From assembly GCA_020536535.1 (NCBI GenBank), contig JAHLWZ010000600.1, positions 1-51,552 on the forward strand: 51,552 nt of DNA, written 5' to 3'. The notes under the pieces were generated by a model. That model had not been told where the DNA came from, did not search any database, and saw nothing but the letters and a program-made list of their open reading frames with translations. The first letter of the stretch is position 1, and each line of letters opens with the position of its first letter. Positions 23,079-35,372 of this stretch are shown here, piece after piece. The position numbers and the translations under genes are program-made. The stretch is from Pelomyxa schiedti. Taxonomy: Eukaryota > Protista > Evosea.

Positions 23079-24176
23079 ATGGTGTCGGTTGAAGCCGAAG
23101 CGGCGTTGTGGCGGGCCGTGACTGTGCAGGCTGCGAACATCCTACGGCAAGTGGGCCACGGGGACACCGCGTCGGCATTCGTAAAGCTGTTCGACCAGTG
23201 CGGCTCCGCGGCGGCCGACCCCGAAACCGACCTGGCGTCGGGCGAGTGGCTGCCGTGCATGTCCCCCAACTCCCGCAGCGCCTACCGCGAGGCCACCCAC
23301 CCCTGCTTCCACTCACCTGCGGCGCGCGGCCGCCAGCGAGCGAGCCAGCGGGACCTCGGCGAGCAGGCGCAGCGGCTGCAGCGCTCCGTCGACGACACCC
23401 CCAGCCGCTCCCGCGCCGCCGCGCTCGAGATGGCCCCGTTCTTCCGCGACACCGTCTTCCCCGACTGCCTGGCCCGCGAGGTCGGCGCCGACGGGGCCTC
23501 GCTGAGGGCGTGGGCGCGCGACAACGCCGAGCGGGGCGCCGGGGCCGCCGCCCTCGCCGAGGCCGTGGCCGTCCACGAGGTCCTGCACCCCCTGCGCCAC
23601 GTCATGGCCGCGACGGCCCTGGCCCTCGCGAGCCCCTGCGGGCTGCAGGCCCTCGGCGCCTCCGCCTCGCTGGCCCCCGCCCAGGCCCGGCGCGTGGCCC
23701 GGCGGGCCCGCGGCGCCGCTCTCTCGTGCGTGCGGGCTATTCTCCTGGGCCGATTCGGGGAGTGGCGCACCCGCGGGGGCACGTTCAGCATGGAGTACGA
23801 TTGCAACGACGAGGTGCCGGCCGAGGAGGACGAGAAGTGGGCCGCCGAGGCCGCGGCGAGGGCGATTCCGCGTCCGGGGGAAGTGGGCGGGTGTGCGTGG
23901 AGGGACTCCATGACTGTCAAACATGACGAGAAGCTACCGGGATCATTCACGGTGGAGGAGGAGGGACCTGGGCTGCTGTGGGCTACTAAAATTGGCGGAC
24001 CAAGCCACGGGTTCGACGTCGGCCCGCTGTGCTTCTTGTCTGTGATTGCAAACCCGGCTACAAAGCATCTAATTGCCCATGTCCCACAATGGAGTTGCAA
24101 TGGGGCCGCAACGTGCTACTTGAGGATACTGAGGAAGGACAACCCTGCCGGGCCCTGGGTTTTGTACGCTGCTTAA
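23079..24176 (+). CDS. Intronless GC-rich hypothetical protein (365 aa)
   Basis: Long ORF with strong GC3 bias and a globular-looking C-terminus; no family recognised. Confidence 0.65.
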   Translation: MVSVEAEAALWRAVTVQAANILRQVGHGDTASAFVKLFDQCGSAAADPETDLASGEWLPCMSPNSRSAYREATHPCFHSPAARGRQRASQRDLGEQAQRLQRSVDDTPSRSRAAALEMAPFFRDTVFPDCLAREVGADGASLRAWARDNAERGAGAAALAEAVAVHEVLHPLRHVMAATALALASPCGLQALGASASLAPAQARRVARRARGAALSCVRAILLGRFGEWRTRGGTFSMEYDCNDEVPAEEDEKWAAEAAARAIPRPGEVGGCAWRDSMTVKHDEKLPGSFTVEEEGPGLLWATKIGGPSHGFDVGPLCFLSVIANPATKHLIAHVPQWSCNGAATCYLRILRKDNPAGPWVLYAA

Positions 24177-24931
24177 AAGAAAACCGTGATCCTTCAATTA
24201 ATTGTCACCTAAGGTATCTGGAATACCCTGAAGTGGATTTCCCTCTGAGAGAGTCTCAGAGCAAAGCGGAACAAGCTGCGTTTCTGGATGTGGTGTTTTC
24301 GGTTTTCTTGTCACATGCACTGACCAGAGCCGGAGAAATGCACCTACCACTGCTAACATCCCATGCTGACTTCGTTCGAGTGATGTCACCTAGCAGTACT
24401 CCTTCCCGCACTGACACTGTAATTTCTATTCCACCAAACCCTGTTTTGTGGGAGGTACCACTTCTTTCCTTCTGTCAAAACACTAACCCACACACAGAGC
24501 TCCGATACACTGGGCCCCCACGACTGGCTACATTCAGAGGGCTCAGAAAAAACACTCTCCCTTTTTTCCCTGTGTTGAGGAAATCATCCAAAAATATGGT
24601 CCTTGATCCCCTGCGAGCCAGTATCCACGACGCACACCGGCCCCTCTCTCCCTCCCCGAAGCGACCCGAACGGGGCAGACTTCCCAACAACCATCAACAC
24701 CTGATTCGGTGCCTTTATAAGGGAATAACCCCATTGTAGACACTCACAAACAAAGTAATAAACAATAAACTCTTGTGTTTGTCTCCAGGCTTCTTTCTCC
24801 CTTACTACACAAGTAAATCGACAACCAACACCCCAGTGTGGTGGTCACTACCCAAACTCAATCTCATCGGCACACTGAGAAATGGTTTTTTTTTCTTCCT
24901 TGTTGTTTTTCTCATTAACTGAAGTGTTTGA

Positions 24932-26342
24932 TTACCACAGGAAGGAGGCACGTGAACGGGGCGGTTCCAGCCACCATCCAGGGGGAAGAAAGTCAATGAG
25001 CGTGACGACGTGGCCCGTGCTTGCTACAGTGACACTCAGCTGCCTATTGTTTTCACTGAGTTCTATGACCAATCCTCCTCCTGACAGTGTTGGCGGAATG
25101 TGGGAGCTGATGTAAGGAACGGGTACTGCTGGACGTGGCGGATCGAGCTTCTCTGCTGGTATTCTATACACCGTCCTCAGTGGCTCAATAGACGTACCAC
25201 AGCCCCATATCTCCAACTTCTTGCCACCCACCCATTTTGGTACAACATCGAAGTCCTTAATCCCAAGCCTCTTGCAATCCTTTGCACTCAAGTCACGTGT
25301 GTCCTCAGAGAATAGCGAGAAAAGAGAGAAACTAAGTTGAGTCGCCAGTGTAAAGTCGGAGTAGTATAGCCCGAGCTCCTTGGGGTAAGAGGTGAGCTTG
25401 GTCACAGTTCCATCAACCTGAACAGCAAACACCACACGTGAGCCTTCTGGGGCATTGTCCACAGTCTCAACAATGAACACCAAGTTGCCAGATGCATTCT
25501 TCAACATACAGAGTTTTGTTACACAGTTTGACAAAAAGAAACGAGCTGGAAATAGGCACTGAGTTGAGCTCACAATCTCCAGGGTTCCAGTGGTGAAAGA
25601 GCTGGCAACGTCAACCACAACCAAGTGGGTGTCACAGTCACTGTTGGTGGTCATAATAATCAGTGCCTGAGAGGAGTGCAATTTGCTGAAACTCATTGAT
25701 TCAATGACACGGTAGTTATCTGAAATCAGAAGATTCCTGTTGCAATGTTCCTCACCCATCAGCTTTGAGACAACAAGCACCTTTCCAACTAGATACAGCA
25801 ACCACTTTCCGTTCATGCACAAATAGTCAATAGCAAACGGCACCTTGCCCATTTCGAGCGTCCTGAACACCACTTGATACATCCCTCACGTGCACCTGAC
25901 TGCCGTATTCCGTCACTTTAATGTCGTCGCCAACCCACCGTGGAATTCGTGGAAGTGTGTATTCCCCCTCCGGCTCGACAGTCGCACCACTTGTCAGTCC
26001 AAGAAGCAGCCTCGACACACGAAACTTGATTGTACACCAGAAGTCCAGGCGCCCTCCCGACCTGTTCTTTCTCCGCAGATCGCGGCCAGCCACCACATGT
26101 GCCACAATGCGGATAGTGCCCTGTGTGCCGATCACCCATGTGTCCCACCATTGCTGCGCCAGCGTTGGCCCCAACACCCTCGCCGGCGAGTCGGCGCCGC
26201 ACCGAGGGCACACCGCAGCGAGCCGCAGTGCCGCGAATTGTTTGTTGGCTACAATCTCCTGCTTGGTGACTTGGCCGTCGTTGCCGTCGTTGTTGTGCCT
26301 TGGTCTCTTCGGCTTTGGCGCGTGGTGATGTCCGTGTGGCAT
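24932..26342 (-). pseudogene. Member of the lineage-expanded 'QFxAL..PRCG' hypothetical family, split by one frameshift near 25830-25880
   Basis: ORF1 (MPHGHHH..KQFAALRLAAVCPRCGADSPARVL..WWDTWV..FRVSRLLLG) overlaps ORF2 (..MNGKWLL..LVVVDVASSFTTGTLEIVSST..) in another frame, with no plausible intron. Confidence 0.6.
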
Positions 26343-28641
26343 TTTTGAGGCAAATGGGTGGGTGAATCTGTTTTTGCCTTTCAGGATTTGTTTTTTTGCT
26401 GTTCCCACTGATGTGTGGGCCTGATTTGGGCACTAGCCCTCCTAATTCAGCTGCTCTCACTTGAGAGCACATGTCTCCAGTTAGGAGGAACAACTGACAA
26501 TGTTGCTGCCACCAAGACTGAGGAAGTCAGAATCGAAATTTTGAAGGCTGTGAGAGATGGAAGAGCTCAGGGTCATGTGATACACACTACAAAAAAAACC
26601 TAACACGGTTGTCTACTGATGGATGATGCCGATGCGTTTTTCCTCTGGATCGCCGAGCGAGCTGGTTGTGGTTTTCATTTGGGCTCTTCACCAGCCAAGT
26701 GACGCAAGCAGGCGCGTCGGTGCATGCACCCACCAATGTGTGGAGAAACCGCAAAAGAGAGTGTCACGAGCAACAAAAAAGAAAGCTAGGAGGTACCAAT
26801 ACGCAGGCGACTATCTCTAACTCACTATTACACAGCCACCCCTCATGGTGAAGTGCGTGTGTGTGGGGCACAAAGTCAATCCCTGTGGATGTATTTTACC
26901 TCCTTTTCTTCGGCTGGACAGCGTGGAGTATTGAACTCAATACTTTGCCTACTGTTGTGTTCAGCAGGGTAATAAGCTATGAACATAAGAGTGAAACCTT
27001 GACTGCGCCTCTTAGACTCATCCGTGAGTAAATGGTAAGAAGTAACCCTCAGAGTGCCTCAATGCCTCCTTGAAAGCACCCTGTGAATATCCTCCGGCAT
27101 CTCTTTGACCTGGTGTTCACTTCGTGTGGTTGGGTGATTGGCTGGGAGATGTCACCTGAGGCATTTCCACATACAATCACCAAGCCATACTGGTTGTAGT
27201 CATACTCAATATTGAAACCACCTTGTACACTCTTTGTTACTAAGTTCATGTGAAAGTGGTATGTGTTGCCTCGCCCCAGCTTCGTCATTCAGGTGCCTGT
27301 GTGAGTGCCCCGTGCCCCTTCTTGGTCTGTTTCTCCTTCGCCGTTCCAGACTTGTGCTTTGCTGGCTTTCCACCCTGGAAAAGTGGTGCCTGATAGCTGT
27401 TATTTGGAGTGCAGATCAGCGGCGGAGGATTGCCTCCTGGATAGTAGTGTGGAAGGGCCACGTTCACTCCTCACAGCGGGGGCGCGGGAATCTACTGGCG
27501 GGGACGGAAACCAAGGCCCCTGCGGATCGCGGGCAAGCACGGGGCGCCCCTGGTGGCTGTGGATCGCCGTGGTCGGCGGCCGGAAGCTTTACAAGCTCCA
27601 ATAACCCTTAAAGCATCCCATCAAAGTCGTTGTCTCCTTGTTCAGTTTCAGGAGAAAGCAGAAGTACTAAGAGGATACCATGATGCACAACAAGGAGGAA
27701 TTGGGTCAAGCACTATGAAGTTTGTCAGCAATTCAGTAGATACAGACCAGCATACACACCAAAGAGTATCTATGCACAATTTCCAGGAGATTATGTGGGT
27801 ATTGATTTCTTGTTCCCAAGAACAAAATCCCCTGAAGGACATTCCGTAGATTAGTGAAGATGAAAGTGTGGAAGGGTAGGGACTTACAAATTTGCGAGCT
27901 ATTGAAAAAGAACGGATAACAACCAGTGCAATCCAAGAAACCCCCAAAGCTCCGAGTCTCACCACCACAGCAGTATATGGGATGTCTGTCTGGGCAGCCA
28001 CAAGCGAAGAAAGCAGCAAGGCAAGCAAGGCAAGCAAGCAGCAGCTTCGATCCCGTGGCCGGGAATGTGGTATTTGTGTTCCTTCATCATTTCGTGCTCA
28101 TCATTCCCCAATTTCTGGAACCTGCTCCAGCAGGATGGATGAACACCGCAGACAGATAGACAAAGATCACCACACACAACACCACACCACACACCCAAAG
28201 ACAGTGATGGGGGACAAATTGCTTGGCTGCACACCTCAAGGCTTTGTGTGCAGGTTTGCTACACATGCTCCTCAGCTCCACATTCAACTGCCACAAAATG
28301 CCCCGCTCCATGTGTATCTATGCGTGTCACGGGGTGGTGGTGGTTGTCCATGTCACTAGGGGATGATCACTGCCTGGGTTGGCTGGCTTTTGGCATCCCT
28401 CTGGAAAGGGTGCCTGGATTTTTTATTGCACTGTAGGAGGAGAGCCTGGTGCTTGTGCCATAACATTGATGAACACTTGTAGAGCTCACAATATTCACAC
28501 TTCTTGTCCCATATCCATCTGTGTTGTCGCTGTCACACCATTCACATCCTCCTTTAATCACCACAAGAAAGTGTATTCCTGACACGCACATTTGACATTG
28601 AAGGATCGTAACGTGTGACAACAACAAGCCGAAATCAAGTT

Positions 28642-29007
28642 ACACGTGTGTTGGTGTGGCAGTCTGTCATGCGGGTGTTGGGGTGCCTTTGCGGGGCTTC
28701 TTTGCCTACATTGGGCCAAAGCGAGGCTGCACATCGTGCACCGCTCGTGTACGTTTTTCTGTGAGATCGCCAGTGACACTGTTACCGTTCCACGCTGCAG
28801 TGCATCGTAACTGCAGTCACTCTTCACCAATCGTCGTTACGCCCGCAACCCGATGCGTAATTAAAATCGCGGGTTCTCTGACGAGTAAACAAATGCCGTG
28901 AAATGTTGTCAGGGTTTCCTTGTCTTGTTTGGACTCCAACACACGAGTTGCCTGCGACTTTTCTGCAGCAAAGTCACCCTTCCTCTGCCGAGTTCAAACA
29001 TTTTTTT
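28642..29007. mobile_element. Left-truncated, T-tailed copy of the dispersed element
   Basis: Aligns to 13575-13829 in the same orientation and continues through the shared terminus, ending ttcaaaca(T)7. Confidence 0.85.
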
Positions 29008-29149
29008 GGGGGCTTCCTTCTCTCGTTTGGACTTCATCCTCGAACAATGCTCGCCTGGCCTCGTCTCCTCGGAAGAGGAGTGCGTCTCCAGTGTTGTGTG
29101 ATGCTGCATCTCCTATGGATCTATTTTTGTAGCAACGCCTTTTTGGGAA

Positions 29150-30802
29150 ATGATTTCGTTTGTTGCGGGGCCGGCACAGTGTAGTGAGAGGGTGCTGCGG
29201 AAATACGCCACACAATTCTTGTCGCCAGATCTCGAGCCCGAGTTTTTGACGCAGTACAAATCCGCGTGCACTCACATCGCGTCTGCATTGCACAAGTCCA
29301 CGTATGTAGCTTGTTGTTCAAGTTCAGCGATGTGTTTTTTTCCTGTTTCTCCTTTTTTTTTCCCCTTTCAATGATTTTTTGTACTTTCACAGGGATGATG
29401 CAACCAAGTCTGTGGCGATAATGAGCGGGGAGGGCATGGTTGCGTTGTGGGCTGGTTTGAAGTCTTGCTTGACCCCAGGTGACAAGGTCCTTTCCATCAG
29501 CACTGGCGTTTTTGGAACGGTATGATCGATTGATTGATTTGGTGAATCGTGGGAGTGAACTGTGGGCGTGAGTCTCATTCAGTGGCTCTAAAAAGGGAAT
29601 AGGCGAGATGGCAAAGAGCTGCGGTGCCACTGTCAACATTTTGGGTTGTGTCAATTTAGACATGACTTGCAGTTGTTGGTAATAGAATGCATTCTAACTT
29701 ACTGAAAAGAATTTGGCATGAATACCACACTCACGGAAGAAAATTTGTTGATGATTGAGAAAGCCGCAGTGGAGTTCAAGCCAAAGATGATCACTGTAGT
29801 CCACTGTGAGACACCTTCTGGTAACTTGCCTTCACCTTCTGCTTTTACTCACGTTTTAAGGTACATTGAATCCTGTATCTAGGGTCGGGGCAATTAAGCG
29901 CAAATTGGGTATCCCACTTCTCTACACAGGTTTGTGAATTCACATTTTTTACGTTACTATAACTGACTGTTGTACAGACATCGTGTCTAGTGCATGGGGA
30001 GCCCCCGTTGATGTTGATGCATGGGGAATAGATGTTGCTGTAGGAGCTCCGCACAAGTGTTTAGCTGCTCCCCCTTCTGTTGCTTTTGTGGTTCTTTCAG
30101 AGCCTGCATGGAGTAAGAATAATAATTATTATTGTTCATACATATGTATTCTACGGAATATACATATAAAAATAAAAATCAAGAACCTCTCCCAAGAGCT
30201 TCTGTGATTTAGATGTGGTACGGCAAGTAAACTACTCTGGTTATGATGCTCTCCTTCCATTTTTGAATGCCTATGTATGCACCGCTCACATCTACTGCTA
30301 GCAACTAATACTACTCCAGGAGACCTTCTACTTCCCCTACACACCCAATTGGCATGGTATTGGTGCGTTGTGTGAGGCATGTGACCTATTCAATGAAACC
30401 AGTCCAGAGGCCGTCTATGCAGCGCATGTGGCAGCCTCCCGGTTCTGCCGTGAACGCATTGTGCGAATGGGATTGTCACTATTCCCAGTAGAAAACGCAG
30501 TCTCATCACCTTCTGGTATTAGTCCTGCTCGTGTTGTTTATCTAACTTTTCCACCAACTCTCACAACAAAAACTCAAGTCACTGCTGTGATTGTGCCTTC
30601 ATTCACAACGTGGAGGGAACTCGATGCTGAACTGAGGAAACGAGGAGTGATACTGTGTGGAAGCTACGGACCCCTCACTGGGAAAGTATTCAGGATTGGT
30701 CACATGGGTCCAGTGCAAACAGATATGGGGAAACTGGCCAAAGCAATGGATGTCTTGCAAGAGACACTTGAACACTTGAAAACAAAGTCCTCCTCAACTT
30801 GA
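29150..30802 (+). CDS. Class-V PLP aminotransferase (alanine-glyoxylate/serine-pyruvate family), multi-exon
   Basis: FVAGP, SGEGMVALW, GDKVLSISTGVFG, VVHCETPSGTLNP, DIVSS, GIDVAVGAPHKCL (PLP lysine) and VFRIGHMG. Confidence 0.92.
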
Positions 30803-30929
30803 ATTGAAATAAATACTTTTTTTTCATTGGGGGTTCTTTCTTTTGTTGAAGGTTGTTGGTGTTATTTTCCAAGGAAAGAAACGGAGACACTCGGTAGTAG
30901 TAATAACACACTTTTTTTCAAATTCAAAT

Positions 30930-31679
30930 TTATAAGCCGGTGCTGTTGTTGCCAGTAACAGAAGCAGTGAACACGAGAAAAATATGACTGCCTTCAGTGA
31001 TCAAGTCCTCCAGAAAGTTCAGTGCTTGCTCCATGTGGCCCAACTGTGTTGGTTCCGGTCTCCTGCTATCCAGTACGAACCAATTCGATGCAGTCACCAG
31101 TGCGGTGGAATTCTGTGGAATTGGACGTATAGTAAACCAGTGTCTGCTGCTGTAAAAACCGCAGCATGAAGTGGTTGGAATGTTGACAAGAACTCCCACA
31201 ATACAGGCATTGTGGAGATGATTTTCCAACTGCTTCCTTCCTTCAGAATAGATATAGGAAGGGCGCGTTAGTACGAAATTCCAAGGCGCGAGTGTGGAAT
31301 GCATACCGCGGCGGTTGTCGTACCACTGTACAACGTATCCAATTTGATCCAGTGCTTGTATGATGACATTGACATCATAATTCCCCAATCCTCTTGGCGA
31401 GAATGTAAGCACAGACTCGAAACATGCTCACAAATCAAATCTTACATCGGGCTGCAATGCGGGCTTATAAGACGGCGGCGTCCCGACAGTGCTGACACGA
31501 TCTCGTCAAAACGTTGCTTGTTGAAGTGCGGTCTTTGCAGCTGAGGAGGGCAGCAGTTAATCACTTACGGAAGTGAAAAAAAACTGCAGAAACGAACACG
31601 AACACACCAAGTTATTAACTGCATGAATAGCACAGAGCTGCCAATGTTGTTTTTCGAGGTAGATCCCCGCTCCTTGCAT
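30930..31679 (-). CDS. Josephin-domain deubiquitinase (JOSD1/2-like)
   Basis: IYLEKQHWQLCAIHAVNNL (catalytic Cys), GLGNYDVNVIIQAL, RHWFTIR (His), WFVLDS (Asp). Confidence 0.9.
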
Positions 31680-31896
31680 ACACTTGTGTTTTTATAGCTA
31701 TGCCAATTACTGAATAACAACCACGCAGCCCAAATCAAACGGGCAGGGCTTTTATGTCAAAAGCATTTTTTTGTTTACCAACTTGGATGCAAGTTGTAGA
31801 CAGAAAAACCTCGTGTTGTGTACTCGGAGTTCTTTGTTGTGCGCTGTTCCTGGTGTATTAGATATCTTCACTTGGCAAATTTTTGGATTCGTTCGT

Positions 31897-32984
31897 TTAG
31901 TGGTTCTTTCGGTAGAATCTAAGAATGTACAGCTGCTCTTCACCACTTCGTTTTTTTCCCACAACCTTTGTGCTTCCTTTAGTTTTATTGCCGTAACATT
32001 GAGAAAGAAAAGAAACCTTCACGGCAAAGCCCTTCTTGTGCATCAATAACATTAACTGGCGTGGGTTATTTTCTTGCAGTACCACAACGTAAAAGAATCC
32101 GGTTGAAGAGAGTAACTCCTGTTGTTGTGCCTTGTTAATTATTGCTGTGAATAAGCATTAAACACACATTCACAACTGGAAGTAATCTATCCAGTACTTC
32201 TCGACCATCTTTTCCTCCTGCCCAGGCAGAGTATATTCCGCCATGTTGGATCTCTTCTGGTGGTGTAGGGACATACCTATTTTTACACATAAGCCCATAA
32301 TGTAACCAGAGGGAAAGGACAGAGAGACACACACACGGGGGGTTGAAAACGAGGAGGTCAACTCCACCTCCGGATTTCAGTCTGATTTTGTGTGAACAAT
32401 TTCACATAACTTTTTAAAAGAGAAGTACCTGGGGAGAAGACCTGAGACCAGGTCAGTGACAACAACTTCTACATTTACCTGTTATTAAAATTCATTCAGA
32501 TAGAGGATTCGGGTGGTGTGTGCGGCGATACGTACGTGGTTAATTGTGCTAGTCTTGATACACCTTTCTCCAGCAAGTGGATTCACATCCGTAGCAAACA
32601 ACGCCAGTGGAGTTGCACAGTTCCTCGCGCGGTGCAACAGTCCGATGTGCGTTATAACATATCCACTTCCGCACCTTCATGGGGAAGAAAAAGAAAAAGA
32701 ATTGGTCTATGAAATGCACGAACAAACAACAACTACAAAATTAAAAAATAAAAAAAATAAAGAAAAAAGGTGGTTGTGGGGGTGGCGTACCCTACCTCTA
32801 GACCAAAAATTGAAGAGTTGTTGACCTGCGCGGCGGCGAAGTTGTCCCAGTCGTCGGAAATGCTGTCCACCAACAGAAACGTGTCGTCGGCGGGCTCGTA
32901 CACAGCCCCATCCACAAAATCGGCCCCGACGAGATCCCCAATGTCGACACGCGGCGCGCTCCCTCCCACACCAGACTGGGCCAT
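31897..32984 (-). CDS. N6AMT1: N6AMT1/HEMK2/Mtq2 eRF1 glutamine methyltransferase
   Basis: VYEPADDTFLL, LEVGCGSG, ATDVNP, VDLLVFNPPYVPTP, AWAGGKDGREVLDRLLP and G.FYVV across spliced exons. Confidence 0.92.
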
Positions 32985-33052
32985 TGATCGACAAATCGCA
33001 AAAACAGGAGACGAGATGTGCGATCTGATTGAAATCAAATCAAGAACAGCGA

Positions 33053-34404
33053 ATGACGGTTGGGCGTGGTGGGGCGGTTTGGGTGTTGTTGTTGTTGTGG
33101 TGCGCATGTGTTGCTGGTGATACGTTGTACGGAATGCGTTGTTCTCAAGGTCTCTTTTTTTCTTCTGTTGTTGGTTTTATGATGGAAGTGTCACGCGAGC
33201 TACGTAACACTGAGCCCACAGGTTTGTCTGTTGTGAGTGTTGAGGATGGAACAACGAAAGTTGTTGGACAACCAATTGATGGTTACGGGGATGCACCCGG
33301 CAGAGGTGCGTGCCGTATTGCGCGTTGAAATACACCCTAGTGCTAATTTTCGGCCTATTTTAGGTTCTCTGGACACGGCGAGGGGTCTTTTTTATGAACT
33401 CGTTGATGGATATGATGGGCAGCTCTATCTCCTATCCACGGATGTGACCACAGCGGAGGTTTGTGTGCTGATTTCAGAATCACTCATCCCAACACCCACT
33501 TCAAGTCCGAGATCGTTTGCAGCGTACCACTGTCGAATACGAATCTTGGTTCCGACACTTTGGATGTCGACATTACCACTGGTGATGTTTATATCATGGG
33601 TCATCAGCTTAACGAGACATTCCCTTATCAGCCACGGCAGATGTACAGGTTGGCTTCCTGCCCACACAACTGCGCTGGTTGCTCTAATCTCTTCACAGGG
33701 TGGTTCCCTCGCTCAAACAGAGCACTTTCATTGCTGAAATGCCGTTTAACACTGATCTGTGGGAGGCTTCACACGCATTTGATCCTATCAACCGCATTGA
33801 CTATGTGAAGTGCAGCTCTTAAATTATAAACCTAAGATGTAAAAAAACAAAAGGTTTCTGCAGATATGGACTTGACGAAAATTACATGGGGAATTGCTGT
33901 GGACACTGGCAAAGTTATTTTCAACTCCACAACAGTTATGAGTGTGATGACCTATGATCAATCCTCAAAATTCATATACGGCATCCTGGTATCTACCACT
34001 GTGCCAAAACTGCTGAAATTGAGCCTTCCTATCAAAGCTAACAGCTGATTGGGTGCAAACACTGATGAAATTCACTGGGAATTCCTGGACTCAAATTGGT
34101 TCCGGAGTCGGAGGATACAGAGATCCTTTTCCAACAGGTATTGTTTTGTGTTACTTTTTATTTTATTTTAACTTACGGCCGTAACAGCAACAATTGATTA
34201 CAGTAAATCGATTTTCTACTTTTACGCAATTAAAGGCTATGATGTAAGTACTTCTGCGTGAGCGGTTTTCCCACTTATGGATCTTAGAGCACCTACACAC
34301 TGTTGGGGATCAGCCTCAGCACTGGCTCCCTTGTGTCATCAGTAACAGCATGCACAACAGGTTGGACTGGTGGCTGTCCTTATCAGTTGGGATTTCTGGC
34401 CTAG
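33053..34404 (+). CDS. Secreted beta-rich (propeller-like) hypothetical protein, multi-exon
   Basis: Signal peptide MTVGRGGAVWVLLLLWCACVAG, then short GT-AG exons with strand-like motifs (LDVDITTGDVYI, MTYDQSSKFIYG, IDYSKSIFYFY). Predicted stop after GCPYQLGFLA. The exon structure is approximate. Confidence 0.55.
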
Positions 34405-34637
34405 CCCAGAAGCTATACAAAGGTATATTTCGAGGGTCTCGTGTGGGAATGAATACATTTCTGAATGAGCTTATATGGATAGAAATAGCTCCTGGGGCGA
34501 CAGCCCACAAATTACACTGACTTTTAAGCCCTACTAATCAATTTCGGTCATCTAATCACAATTGTTTTTTATCTGTGTCTTTTTCGCGTTTCTCTTTGCG
34601 GGGTACAGCAGTGGATTTACCATCGAGCTCCAGCGTC

Positions 34638-35330
34638 ATGTCGTCCACCAACAACAACAACCGGGCTCCCATCGAGACAGCGTCCACCGACAACGCCAAC
34701 AGCGCCGACACTGTATCCGACCAGCAGCAACAACAACAACCCTCATCATCATCGTCGCCATCATCAACAAACCCGACGCCCGTCACCACGACCGCATCTA
34801 CTACGACCACGACGGCGGCCATGCCTGGGCCTGGTCACAGCCACGGGGAGACCGTGGGCGCGGGCGCCGCCGCGTCCACCTCCGCGAGCCTCGGCCTCCC
34901 TCCCCAGCAGGGCAGTATCCCCTCCGCCGCCCCGCCCTCCATCGCGGCGCCCCCGGCCAAGCGCCCGAGGCAGCAGCAGCCGCAGCAGCCGGGGGCTACC
35001 TCCGCCGCGGCGGACTCGAAGCAAGTAACAGGAGGCGGGGGGGCAGGGGGCGAGGACGAGAGGGGGGGAAGCCGCGGGGGGAGCGGAGGAGACAGGGAGA
35101 GGGAGAGGGAGAGGGACGGAGACAGGGAGGCCGAGGGCGCAGGGGGTGGCGTGTCCTATGCCCAGCTGCTGGGCGTGGTGCTCAAGCTCAACAAGCAGAT
35201 AGAATTCCTCACTGACAAGATGATGTCGATGCAGGAGCACCAGCAGAAACAAGACGAAAAGGTACTACAACAGAAGCGCAACGATGAACAAGAAAAACAG
35301 GACCAGCGGCAGGAATCCACTTCCACAACA

Positions 35331-35372
<42 letters not shown>

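Noticed and set aside
24180-24740. 236 aa ORF 24029-24739
   Set aside because: Overlaps the end of the upstream gene in another frame, has a non-ATG start and no motif.
26400-28360. Cluster of short ORFs on both strands
   Set aside because: No consistent exon chain or motif could be built; probably degraded sequence.
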